A stretch of DNA of 53,853 nt from the NCBI GenBank assembly GCA_013115125.1, contig JABANN010000199.1, positions 1-53,853 on the forward strand. The letters run 5' to 3'. A program made the position numbers and the translations under genes. Origin of the DNA: Perkinsus olseni (lineage: Eukaryota). Under the pieces are notes generated by a model that had not been told where the DNA came from, ran no database searches, and saw only the letters and a list, made by a program, of their open reading frames with translations. This document shows, piece after piece, positions 22,401-34,676 of the stretch. The stretch's first letter is position 1. Each line of letters starts with the position of its first letter.

Positions 22401-25400
22401 GCGCCGATATAGGTACGCCTAAGATTCAGGAAACGGCTGCTGAGTAACAGTGACAGAGAATAATGTTAATACGGACGAGGTGGGACGACCGAGGGATCAG
22501 ACTATGATGACGATCATCAGAGCATCCTCATCGAGGAACCCTTTCCCGACCCGGAAGCGATACCGTAGGGACAGCCGGAAGTTTCGACTCCCCCCCCATT
22601 GGATCGCGCGAAGAGCTCCAATACACCCACGTTGCCGCGACAGGTATTCGGGATGCCCGCCTCGCCGTGGGGTTCCCAAGGCGGTCCTATCGAGCCTACC
22701 TATGCCCCCGTATCTCAGCCTCATCACGCACTCCCCCCAATGATACTCGGCAGAACTTCTTGCCCAGAGCATCCGCTATGCTCCTACACAACGACGTCTT
22801 GCCGACACCTGAGTAGACACAGCGTAGGCCGACAATCGCCAGGGGGAAAGAGCAAGCAACGTCCTCACGAGCGATAATAGCAGTGGTGACGATTCTGAGG
22901 ATCACAGCTAACCACGAAGTGCAGCTAAAGAGTCAAGAAGTCTTGAAGAAGATACTAACCCGTTTAACAAGATAGACATGATCTCGTACAAGCCAGGCAT
23001 GTATAGCAACAAATGGGATTGGTATTCACCGTTACAAGAGCGAGGCGGGTAGAATCCACAATGCGGCCTTGCCCCTCACCAGGCGGACCAACCAGGCACA
23101 TTATGGGGCCGGGTGGTGCCTTCCTATTTGTCGGAGACCGCACGGTGGCATCCAAAGTCCCTCCCTCGACAGACGAAAGCTCGGTGGTTGGCCTACAATC
23201 ACGCGGCAATGAAGCGGAGTCTCGAACACCGCAGACGCGAAAACACGTGGACGGGCCGGACGGGGACCAAGAGGACGCGACGGTCCTACCGGGTTTCTTC
23301 CTCATTCTGCGAGCTCCTTCTTGCCTGGTGTAGCTTCATTACTGCTAGATACTCCATCAGCCGCTTTTTCACCTAATGAGCGCTCAGTGCGACGGAATGG
23401 TCGACAACAAGTGTCTGCAGTCAGCCACAGCCGTACGCTGCGCCTGGTAGAACTCGCGAGATTTCAGAATCTGATATCTGGAATCAGCATCAGCATCAGA
23501 TGCCGACTCAATGCGAGGCTCGCATGGCGAACTCTTTTCTCGCCAAACAATTGAGAAGCAATTAGGAGGAAAACCACTCGCAGGAAGTCCAAATTTAACT
23601 TCTTGCGTCTCGGAATGCTTCTGGCTCGGAGCCAGAAACAGAGCCAGCGGCTCCTCTCTCCCGGAAATGCTGCAGGAGAGAATCATATCTCCTGTATTCA
23701 TAGCCGGAGTTCTCCAAAAATTTCACTTTTATCACAATGAAGAGAATCAACGCAAGTCGGACTTGCCAAGCCTTGAACCTTGGGAAAAATCATCAATGCT
23801 AACGTTCCTTCTAATTTCATACTGCGACACCGACGATCCCTAAGCTCAATAATTGGGCCTCAATGAAGAGCCTCAATAAACTGTACGTTGGTGGAACCGA
23901 CCTGCAGCTTCAGTCAAGCAATCACCTTCCCACACAAGTCTTTGGACCGATGCGAAAATACTTAGTGAGTACTATTTACGTAGCTCACTCCCACCAAAAT
24001 CTTCGCTAGTATGCGAAACTGATGCTAGTTTTGCCAGTAAAGCCCTTCCTCTCGAGGTAGTCATAACTAGCGGGAGGTGAGCATTCGTGAGCATCGCCGT
24101 TTGAGCTTCTAGCTCCTCGTCCATACTGGAGCACACACTTCTTTCTCGCGAGGACGCGAACTGGCCTTGCCCTGAGAGTTCCTCTGGTTACAAGGACCTA
24201 CTGACCGTGACTTGCTTATATAGTCGTTTTATGAGCGCATAACCTCTGAGAGATATATCGGCTCAGAGTGTTACTTCTGCGTTCATGGATGCGTGCAAAT
24301 CGTTCGGTGCTCCGTATATCTTAGTGACTGATAACGGAAAGCAATTCGTGAGTAAAGTCCGACGAGTGGATACGTCAACCAACCATCGCCGCGTAGATCT
24401 TTGCAGCAGGCTGCGAAAAAACACCAAACCAGTGGCACGGATACGAGCCGGAAGAGACCTTTCGTCCACCACAAGAGCTATCTTCTGCTGGCACAACACG
24501 TGCGCATGAGTGAGATTACTTATCATCCGTGTTCGTGAACCACTGAAAAGCTGTGCCTTCAACTGAAACACTTTACGTTCAGTCAAGCGCAGCCCCTCGC
24601 ATAGCGCCGACAGGGCGTTGTCGATTGAACCACTGGCCAACCGCCTAACGGACGCAAGCAAGTCATCGGGGAGTTAGCACCGGCAGTAGTTTCCGTGGTC
24701 TCCCGCAGTACAATGGTTGCCCTATGTTCGGTTGAACCGGATCGGTTCTGAGGTACCGCAGACCTCCGGGTTCAGCTTCTAGAAGAAACGTGCTCTGGCG
24801 CATGATACCTCGCAGCGCCAGAGCATGTTGTATCAGTTACAATCCTTCTATTATTAAAGGGTCTCAGAGCCGCTGCCGACCCTGGTAGAATCTCAAGGAT
24901 ATGCATAATGATCGAAACGCAAGCTTCCGCAGCGCCGCCCCTATCTCGGGAACACACTAGGGCAGCCATACGATTCTACTGGAGCACAACAGCTCGAAAC
25001 AGCAGCTAGCTGTGTGCGTGTCAGTTCAATGTCCAACGCCGTCGCCGGCTGAGTTATACACTATAACTTATAGTTGATGCCGATGTGCAAGCAACTCAAC
25101 GATGGGCTCTAGCTGGCCCGAACGCTGCCCCAACGAGCAGAAGGAACAGACCAGGCCATCTCATTGCCGCCTGGCAGGATCCACTCTTCACCGCGGGGCT
25201 GTGTCCAACTACCGAAACACTAGCTCTGCCGCGGCGCAACACACGAGTTTCATCTCCAGGCCTCGAGCATCCGAGGACCCAGCTAATCTCCACTGCTCAT
25301 GCGCGCAGTCAGCTGTGATACATAGAATCCTCTGTGATTTGCGAGCGGTTATTGGAGCGTATCTGCTGCGCCATAAGTGGCATACGGTGAGAGGGCAACT

Positions 25401-28400
25401 CACCGACGAGCTCTACTTAGAGTGAGAACTGGAAGGATGGACCGTCTATCATAGACGACGTAGTCATAATTCTACTTTACAAAAATACTAGTATGCTGCG
25501 CCCTCACAAGCCGGCCCCGCAGGGAACATTCGCTGTGCTCCAAAAAGGGAAAACCAGAGAGAGTCATTACCTTGCTCATTCCGAAGTGATCTCTATCCAG
25601 TATGTATCTCGCTTTATCGAGGTCTATACAGACGTCGGCTTCATCCAACGACCATGGCAGAGAGGCAACTGTCTCAAGGTAGGTCCTGAGAGGCTGTGCG
25701 ATAACGAATACGATACGGAATGCAACGGCCTGTCTTGTACAGTACGCGCAATCGAAAGAGTCCGTTTCGTATCACCTGCATAACTTTTCACCTAGAGCTC
25801 TAACGGAGCTGAAATTTAGTATGTAGACTCTCCAAACGCTGTTATATTGTTCAAATATGTCACGGATCAAATTCTCGAGAAAAAAAATTAAACCAAAGTA
25901 CAATTCCGCACCGAATACCGGTTAATCAACCGAGCATGAACGCTTTGGGAATAAAGTTCATCCCGATCAGGCAGCGACACACCGTCGCCGTCCTTGCCCG
26001 ACCTGGCCACTGTATAATCTGGATGGGTCGAAGGCGTGTTCTGTAGCTTGTGCAGTTCCCTGTCGCAAACCTGAGGACGACTCCTACACCATTCCCGGCC
26101 TCTCCAGGATCCCTACCGCTCTCATGTCCTTTGGCAGAGCAATAGCCGCCAATTTATTTGCGATTGAGGCAATCTCATCCTCACCAGCCTCGCTGTCCTC
26201 GCCGCCTTAGACAACGGTCAACACGGCCGACAACCTTGCCGTCTCTCACCAATTTTCCTAAGTTCTTTCTGGAGCTCCTGAATTTGTCGTCGAATAACTC
26301 GTTCGCGCACATCCATGTCAGCCTGCCGTCTGATGTTGCCCTAAGCAGCGTGGCAGTGGCGGGATAACCAGAGGCCGGTCTTCGTACCCTGACTCGGTTC
26401 GAGACCAGCATGGCCTCCCTCCGCTCATCGACCATATCCCTCGCCATTCGCACTCTCTCTTCAATACACAAACACTCTAAGGCTTCCTGTCGGGAGTTTA
26501 CCGGTGCGTCCTGAACGGTGGGAAGAAGAATTCCTGGTTTCCATTCGAAGGACTCCGCGAAACACGCTTGTGATCGGACAGGCTTTCTGTAAGGCGATCC
26601 ACCGTCCTAGCTTTATCAGCGTCAACGTCGCAGTCGGGTAATATAACTGCGCCTCAAGCACTTCCAAACGTCTAGTCATAGGCCGACACGTCGACCATCG
26701 CTGCACTCAGGTTCAAATCCCCCCAGCGACACTTCGCACTCACTCACCTTCAACGTTGCGCATATGATGTCAGCGAAGAGAGAGCATCTGTCGGCCTTTA
26801 TCGGAGCCTCCGTAATTTCCTTCTCCCCACCTGCATACAAAAGTCATTCGAACTCCGCTCCGCTGCCTCATTACCTTCAACGACACGTCCGCCGTTCCAA
26901 AAAGACGCAACTACCACCTTCCGCTGCAGATCGGCTGAAAGCGAAACATCTCGAGGTAGCCCACGAATGCTTGAAGCCTCTTCACAGATCCATCCAACTA
27001 ACCCGTCGCGTCGAAAAGAGTGCGCAAAAGATCAACTCCTGTACCCTGAGCGCGGCGACAGCATAGCGAACTTCGAACAACAAAATATTGATCGGAGACG
27101 TCTCAGAGGTAAGGACGCCTCACTATAAGTGAACAGCCCCCAGACCATTCCGCCATGCATTGTACATCATCGCTGGTGGTTAATTGACAAGAACCCTGCG
27201 GGGGTCGCTGTACACGAATGAGTACACCACAGCAGAGCCAGGCGAGCTCTCATGGGCCACCTCGACCAAAAGCTCTCCGAGCCACGACCATACATAGCGA
27301 CTGCCTTCCGCCCATCACTACCCGCCAACCTTTCTAGTTCCTCTGACGGTCCCTTTTGGATGCTGCGCAGGACCTGCGATACTCGAGCCTTGCCGTACAC
27401 CACGCTACGATTACCTGAGGGAAGATACTGGGCACAGGATTGTTGAAGGCCAATCAAAGTCCAACGAGCTCCAATGACAAGTCGTAACGGTTTATTCCAA
27501 GCCTAGTGGAAAACAAACTACTCCGGCAACGGCGGGGAAGTTTGCATCTCAGTCGACCCCAATGATGTACTCCCTCTGCTCAGAGCCGCGAATCGAAGTT
27601 CGGCGATACTGTCGAGTCAATTCCACTACGCCGGAAGAAAGGAGTTGTAGGCCGGGTACCGAAGCTCATAGAGAGGAAACTTGCACACACTTCTATCATT
27701 ACTACTACCCTTCCCTAGTATGTCCTCGTATACCAACTCAGCTGCCGAAGTGTCCAGCTCCACCCTGAGGGTCAACCCGACATGAATCCGCATGCTTCCA
27801 TGCCATACAACCACTCAGCCTAAGCACCCTGTACCTGTCCAATCCTTCTAGCGTTAATACAACTTGGTGTCCCCCAGCAGCATCCCCACTTCCGATCTGA
27901 GCTGCCACACTACTCGATGCCATCCGACACAGTGTGCCCACCGTATGCCTGTCAAGGGAGAGGATACTTCTCTACTAGTTTCGGGCATTCCAGCTTTTCC
28001 ATACCCTGTCGAAAACCCACACCACTGTGAGCACGTACCCAACCGATTGGTCGAACCCTGAACGTACTACTGCATCCAAGCTGATCATTCTCACCGCTCC
28101 GTGACGGAGCGGGTAGACGCCCAAAGACGGTGACCCGTCTATTGCGTTCCTAATAACTACGACAAGCCCTCCCCGTCTCTTACACGGTCTCGAGCTCTGA
28201 GCCGTCCCTATCAATGGCCTTCACACCGACTGTTACTAATTTAGCATGCCCGAGAGCATTCTCCGAGGAAAGCGTCTTTTGGTGGGCAACAAAAGCGTTG
28301 TAAACAGATTCATGTACCTACACGAATGCGCATACCAAATTTCCCCCGGATCCCGCGTTGATCCACCCCTAATACCAATGCCTGTGCCCTCAATCCCGGG

Positions 28401-28531
28401 AACAGCACCCTTTTCCTTAGCGGCAGTACAAAAACCATCGGCGCTGCATCGCTCCGCCCTGGCCTGCCTGGAGAGGCTCTGTCAGGCTCCGCGAGAGAGC
28501 GCAGATCAAAATTGCCTTCGAAGGAAGCCAT
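19461..28531 (-). CDS. lon: ATP-dependent Lon protease (LONP2-like architecture), many exons
   Basis: N-domain [11 protein letters not shown] and [55 protein letters not shown]; Walker [32 protein letters not shown]; Walker B LLDEIDK; LLELLDP; catalytic Ser KDGPSAG; catalytic Lys VGGVRDK; ends PRSAL*. Confidence 0.95.
24162..24360 (+). mobile_element. Degenerate LTR-retrotransposon integrase (rve) fragment inside a Lon intron
   Basis: [61 protein letters not shown] matches the rve core pattern (GY.YLL.....SRF...PL....A..V...F....G.P..I.TDNG.QF.S). In-frame TAA at 24240-24242; truncated. Confidence 0.85.
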
Positions 28532-29137
28532 TCAAAATCTCCACTTCACACGTCAATTCTACAGAACCCATCGAAGCAGCCATTGGACCGTACGGTCCAT
28601 AAGCATGCCATACCGGTTTTCCGGTGAAATATCCTACTTGTGTCTAGTTACATCATCTCGAAAGAACCCGTCACCTAAAGGCGAGATAAAGCGTGGTTGA
28701 GAGCTGTCAATGATGCTGCTCAGGAGCACTGGCCTCATGAGAATTCACGAAAAAATATTCACATATTCACGGCACGCTGTACGCAGAAGCCGCCTCCCTT
28801 AGCTGACCACCCAGTGCCCCCCCCCCACCATTACCAGTGGCCACTGACCACTTCACTCCAGCTCAACAATGACGAAGCTTTAAACGAGTTTGTTGGTTTA
28901 TTCGAAATGTATCCCAGAGAAAGAAGACGAACGACGGCAGCAGCAGCAGCAGTGATGACGATCATTCCAGCATAGATGACGACAACGACGAAGCCGCCGC
29001 CGCGGGCCAACCCCGTACGGCGGTACCACCAAGATGTACTTCATTTCCCTCTTCCCAAAGACCAGAAGAATGATGATGACGCCTTACTCGGCGTAGCCAT
29101 CATAATGTTACATATAGCAAAATACAAAGCAGCCACA

Positions 29138-30961
29138 TCAGCCCCGGGCACCTCGGTGACGCCCTCGAGTACCAGCGTTCTCTCCACCTCCGCCACCGCC
29201 CGCTTGGATCTCTACCGGATTCTGACTGTGACGACGATAATGACTCGAAGCCACCTCCGGTAGTTGAACACAGCCCCAGTGCATGAACGGCTGGCCTCTC
29301 TTCATAGACGACCCCGCGAACTTCCGAGCTGCAATAGGAGGCCCTTTGTAGCTGATAGCCCCGCACATAGGTGGTGGTGCTCCATTAGGATACTTGGGGT
29401 GCCGTAGTGGATGCTTATGACGGGGTACCTCCTCCTGGCGATCAGAAGGCGATGTATTCGACCCAGAGGTCGAGTGAGCGTCCAGTGGGGGTGGAGGGCC
29501 GGGCGGGGGTGGTGGCGGCGGGGGCGGTACAACTCCGTTCGGCTGCTGCTTCTCCTCGACTGGAAGGGACCCCTGACGTGACGCCGGGCTGCCTCCACCG
29601 ATACTCGATGACTCAGCCTGCTCGTACTCCGCTTCGATCGCCGACCTCAGCTTCACGCGCCGCGAAATTACATCGACCCCCTTCCCTCGCCACGTCTGAG
29701 CCGAACTTTCCATGTTCAGTGCCGACAGCTCCCACAGTCCAAACTGAGACGGTCTTCTGGCTTGCCGGTCAGCCCGCCATCTACCCACAGAGGCCCTCCT
29801 CCGACCAGTAGCCACATCAACAGCATCGCTGTCACTGCGCAGGACCGACGAAGAGACCGAAGAATCATCCGAACTGCCTTTCATTCCCCCGCTGCCCCAA
29901 CCACTACGGAAGAAGGCATCAGTCAGCGCCAAAGTCGGCGAAGTCTCCAAGTCGGACCCACAGGCGGCCAATATCGATCTTTCCGATGAGCAGGCGTGCA
30001 AGGGCACCCGAGGGGGCATACCACACCTCGCCGAACATCGTCTAAATACCCGCATATCCCAGATGTGAGGAAAGTACTCATAACACGTCTCCGAGAACTC
30101 CTCTTCTGTCTTCGGCAAAGCTTGTCCCGACAGCATTCTTACCAGCCCCGCGAACAGAAAGCCGCCTCCCACTGTGATCCACGTCACATCAGGAGACATC
30201 ACCAAACCGCTGCCCGTTATCAGCTCAGAAAATCGATCCACACTGACGCCCCTTCTCAAATTCGCGTTCAGATCGATTCCCGCCCCTCCCTGCCCTATAG
30301 GAGCCCTCAGCTGCTCCAGAGCATCTGCACAGTACATGTCTTCCCGCACGTCAAAATGGAAGTTGATTTTCCAGACACAACTTGGCGGTGGTCGCTGGCT
30401 TCCATGAGACGCTCTGACGTCCTCAGGATGCCCCGCTACTACGCCGTTCTTATTAGAGAACGCCAAGCTCAACTGTATGATTTTCACGAGGCCCATATTG
30501 GTTCGTATAATCTCGTAGTTTCTCTCGGTGTCATCTTTGAACGGACCTGAGTAAGAGGCTTCGGGAAGCGTCACGCGCCCTTTAATTTCATTACCAGTTG
30601 GCCTTGCTATTAACCCAGGAAAGCGACCATCTACTGCTACATAGGGATATTCTTCTACCAACTTTTCCATTGATCGCAGCTCATGCTCAACATCACTCGC
30701 CCACACCTCTCGCACATAATAGGAGCTGCTCGCCGAAGACGACGACGAAGATGATGACGAGGACTCGCATTCGGTCGTCCATTCGACCGAACTGGACCCG
30801 GATGATTCCCCCATTGCTTCAGCCTTCGTCAGGAGTCCACCCCTACCGGCAGCCAAGCCATTGGCACTCCTAGTGGAGGCTCGCTTGCTCTGCATCGCTC
30901 CGCTCGTTTGAATTGAATTTTTTCGAGTCTTATGAGAAGATCGCACTGACTCTCGTCGCAT
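29138..30961 (-). CDS. CAF1: CAF1/POP2 (CNOT7/8)-like DEDD deadenylase homolog with non-canonical catalytic residues; Ser-rich N-terminus, Pro-rich C-terminus
   Basis: VREVWASDVEHEL...YPYVAVDGRFPGLIARP...YEIIRTN..LVKIIQL...WKINFHFD...FSELITGSGLV. A probable in-frame 48-nt intron lies at 30547-30594. Confidence 0.88.
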   Translation of the reverse strand: MRRESVRSSHKTRKNSIQTSGAMQSKRASTRSANGLAAGRGGLLTKAEAMGESSGSSSVEWTTECESSSSSSSSSSASSSYYVREVWASDVEHELRSMEKLVEEYPYVAVDGRFPGLIARPTGNEIKGRVTLPEASYSGPFKDDTERNYEIIRTNMGLVKIIQLSLAFSNKNGVVAGHPEDVRASHGSQRPPPSCVWKINFHFDVREDMYCADALEQLRAPIGQGGAGIDLNANLRRGVSVDRFSELITGSGLVMSPDVTWITVGGGFLFAGLVRMLSGQALPKTEEEFSETCYEYFPHIWDMRVFRRCSARCGMPPRVPLHACSSERSILAACGSDLETSPTLALTDAFFRSGWGSGGMKGSSDDSSVSSSVLRSDSDAVDVATGRRRASVGRWRADRQARRPSQFGLWELSALNMESSAQTWRGKGVDVISRRVKLRSAIEAEYEQAESSSIGGGSPASRQGSLPVEEKQQPNGVVPPPPPPPPPGPPPPLDAHSTSGSNTSPSDRQEEVPRHKHPLRHPKYPNGAPPPMCGAISYKGPPIAARKFAGSSMKRGQPFMHWGCVQLPEVASSHYRRHSQNPVEIQAGGGGGGENAGTRGRHRGARG

Positions 30962-31123
30962 ACGACAGAAATAATATAAAACGTAGCCCTAAAATCAACA
31001 GCACGTCTATCAGCGCATTGAGACACCACCCATGCCCGTCACGATGACGCGTGCCCCGAGAATCTTGCAATCTTGCATCAACTTGCATTTCCTCAACGCA
31101 ACAATATGCTCTTCGGCGTAACG

Positions 31124-31727
31124 TTACTGAGTGGGGTCAAAGATGGTACGAATATGTTGGCCATTAATGAGCGACACTTGTGTGACCTAAGATTAACGGA
31201 AAATTTGGTATGAGTCGCCGTAGCAGTTCGGTCGAACCCACCATATTAATATCAACTATATGCTCCTTTTTGCCCTCTTTCTCGGCCTCTAGCGTCATCG
31301 TCAATAACCCAACATTCGTCAACACCTACCACACCAATCGTAACCACACACAGAAGGAACACCTACTACTTCCGACGGTATGCCTTCAACGTTTATGGTC
31401 GGGGTAAAAAACTCCACTACACTCTCCCCGGCCGGCACACGTCCCTGCGGTAGCCCTCCAAGGTCTGAGCAACCACAATAACGGCGAAGGAATCTTCCAA
31501 GATACGTACGTATTATCTTCCTAGCGTGGACAGTGTCAACGAGATAATTGACCGTCCACTGAGCACCCGGTATCTGAAAACAGGGACCGTCGGTGATCGC
31601 GGACGGGATCAACCTCGGATACCTCTCGCGATGCTTCAATGGTTAGCTTGATTTTGAGTTCCTGTTCCAGTAGACAGTCGTTGGGCTCTATGTCGACGCT
31701 CTTCACGTCTATAACCACAGGGTCCAT
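31124..31727 (-). CDS. Divergent ASF1-fold (histone chaperone-like) small protein, about 5 exons
   Basis: Spliced: MDPVVIDVKSVDIEPNDCLLEQELKIKLTIEASREIPGAQWTVNYLVD...LGGLPQGRVPAGESVVEFFTPTINVEGIP...NVGLLTMTL...IVDINMVTQVS...RTIFDPTQ*. Spacing parallels ASF1 (W..xY, G.VP.G...F.....P, IP). Confidence 0.6.
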
Positions 31728-32117
31728 CACTATAATTCCACTGCCAGACAAAGCAAGTTCTCAGCCCGCCTCTAAAGCCATTACCAATCCCTCTTGAATC
31801 AACGTACATCTGCGCTAGTCCGACTAAGCCAATGCTTGGCGTTAAACTCGCGACAAAGACACTCTTCGCAAACCCAGATATGTCAACTGACGGACTCTCT
31901 TTCGGTCAAGTCCGAGACAGAGTCGGCTAGCATGCCAGTTGTTCTTCGTCATTTTCCCACTACGGGAACTCAACAACAGCGACAAGTGAAAACCAGAATA
32001 AAGGCGAAAAGTTCGGCCTTTCTGGGGCTCCATTGTGGTCGAATCAGCAACAACACGAGTGGAGCATACTACAGATACTGTAACAGGACAGAGAAAATTG
32101 AATGCAATGATGAAAAG

Positions 32118-34676
32118 TCAGGCGTCCCTCTGTGCATTAAGACGATCCTTGTGTTTATTGGCAGTGTACCTACGAGTAAAACACCAATGAGATCTCGCTG
32201 CCGTGCCGAGTAGAGCTACTCTCTCTCTTTCTTCATCTTATTCTCGATCACCTTCGCTCTGGCGTGCCGTTGCAGGTCAATGCGCTTTAGTATTTCACCC
32301 ACCGTCAAAGTAGATTCACCTGAGACACAGACAGCTCATCACTCAGGTCCTGCCGAGCGTTCCCCTACTTTCGATTTCGGTGAGGATTCCCATCTCCCGA
32401 GGGACCCTGTAGGGATCCTCTCCCATATGTTCCAGACCTCGCTCACCAACATCCCGCTCAGTACCCTTCACCACGACCGACACTCCTAACTGGAGTATGA
32501 GGTCCTTCGTCGGGGCGAAAGGGGCATCGGCCAAGACCTGACCAGAGAGGCATAGCAATGGGATTTCCCCACCGTTCGATACAGTAATTCTGAAACTCAA
32601 AATGGATCCTGTGAATGATTTTTACGCGTCAAATGCGGCTCAAGAATCGGTTTGTTCAGCGACCCCTGTTTCGAACACTTTGGCTCTATCCCAGTCGCCT
32701 TTCACGGAGGATATTAGACCTAGTCAGTTTGCGTTCAGAGAGTCAGATACTGCCCTATACCAAATCATCCACCCCGACACTCCGCGACTCCAGGACGGAA
32801 AAGTAACATGCAAGATTATTACATCGTCAACGTATCGGCAACCTAGCACGCTCAGCACACGCTCCTTTAGATTCATACAGGGATACCTGACAGAATCATG
32901 AGGGATGGTGCTTGCCGTCATCATCAGCAACAGCAACAGCACTCACGCTCCGCCCTTCATCTTGTTCACTACCAAGTCGGAGTGCACTCCAACGATTAAA
33001 TAATCACCAAGCTCCCGGGCCTTCTTTAACGTAGAAATATGGCCTGAAACTTTGGGAGAAATTTTCATTTTTTTCGTTGGATTTTCTCGTTATTACCCGC
33101 ATGGAACATGTCGAAGGCTCCGTCAATATACACAACTTTTTGCCCAGGCTCCTGAGCTTTGACCCGGGCCGAGAAAGAGGACACCAACCTCTCAGTTGGG
33201 AAGAACCGCGAGACGGAGCATACAGATGGTTCCTGATACAGAAAGATGCTGATTCCTGCGCACAGCGAAGATTCTGCGCATGCGTGCAATCTTACCTCAA
33301 GCTCTAGGTTAGCACTGGACGCCCGCCTTCGCCCGAGGTTCCTATCGCCACACTCTTCCTCATTCAGACGAATATGATGGCTCTTGGCAAGGACCATAGC
33401 CCTACCAACAATGTCACTCGTACCTGAAAGTGGGTAATCGAAAGGACCCCGGATCGAATCCCACCCATGACGCCCGTATTACTGACACCCTCAGTCCTCG
33501 GGATACTCTTAAACTTCCCGGCCGCCTTAGCGCTGGCATAGACATCTTTCCCATCGACCAAGCACGGATCATCGCCATGAATGATATAGTCTATCTTGTA
33601 CTGGTCAAACAACACCTAGCTTGACCCGTGAATGCTCAGGATGGAGGTCGGAAAGTATCTTACGTTCTGGATGTACTCAGGTGTCATAATGTACGGACTT
33701 TTTGGTATGATCTCGTCTACCCACACGCACGCCTTCACAGCTTCACCTGAGCGCATCAGCCCGTTCACAGCATCTAGCAAGGCCCCGACTAGATACTCAC
33801 ATCGCTCCTCATCGGATAGGACCGGAGGTGTCCCTTTACACTCGGCAACAGTCTCACTGGAGTTCACGCCAACAATGAGATAATCGCCCAACTCTCGAGC
33901 CTGACGAGTACAGAAATTCGCGACGGATATTTTAGTATCGCTCACTAGTACGATAAACCTACGAAGGCACGTAGTTCAATACGGAGACCCGGGGTGCTGA
34001 GCTGCCGTAAAAAAGGACTCACAGAAATGCTACAGTTAAGACGATTCCGGTAGGCTTCGCATGCAAAAGGGCACAGGCCAACACCGGGCGTGAGTACGCA
34101 TGAGACGCTTTTTCAGCGCTCAACATTCAATAGAGCTGCAGGACGATACACTGGCAGTCCCTCGTTCGGTGGAGTAATTTCGAGACTCGGAATATGTTCT
34201 GGAATCATATTTTTTTACGTAGAATGCGGCACCAGAATCAATTCTAAGTTTCAGAAGTGGTTCAGTGAGCACCTTCGATGCCACTATCATTCAGTTCGAG
34301 CATCGCTCATACCCTTATCTCGCTACACTGCTGATCCAAGCAAGACGCCAGGCCTTAACCCCACTACGACTATTACCGTTCTGAATGCATTCATGTGACC
34401 GTAGTGCATCAAATCAAAGGCACCATCCATGAACACCCGAACGGGCTTGTGATCCGGCTTCTCGCTAGCCTTCTTCTCAACCGTCTCAGTCGAGCGGACA
34501 TACCCCGGTACATCTCGCTGAGATCAGAAGCCGTTCCCTCTCCCTTCGCGCAGCGGGATACCATACCTCCAACTCTTCCTCCAACTGGGCCACCCTGTCC
34601 CTGAGCCTGTCAATGTACAGCTTTGCCCGATACCTGAAACGCTGATATTCAGAAGCTGACGATTCCTGCTCTCATG
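32118..34676 (-). CDS. PCYT2: Ethanolamine-phosphate cytidylyltransferase (two CT domains); multi-exon, start uncertain
   Basis: RVFMDGAFDLMHYGHMNAFR, ARELGDYLIVGV, IHGDD, RTEGVSTSDIVGR; second domain YIDGAFDMFHAGH, MNLKERVLSVLGCRYVDDV, DPYRVPREMG; TGA at 32118. Confidence 0.93.

Noticed and set aside
22493-22541. C/D-box-like arrangement (GATGA...CTGA...CTGA with GGG/CCC ends) in a Lon intron
   Set aside because: Only about 50 nt, with an imperfect C box and no identifiable rRNA guide; too weak to call a snoRNA.
26705-26725. GGTTCAAATCCC tRNA T-loop-like word
   Set aside because: Lies within the Lon gene with no stem complementarity or remaining tRNA arms.
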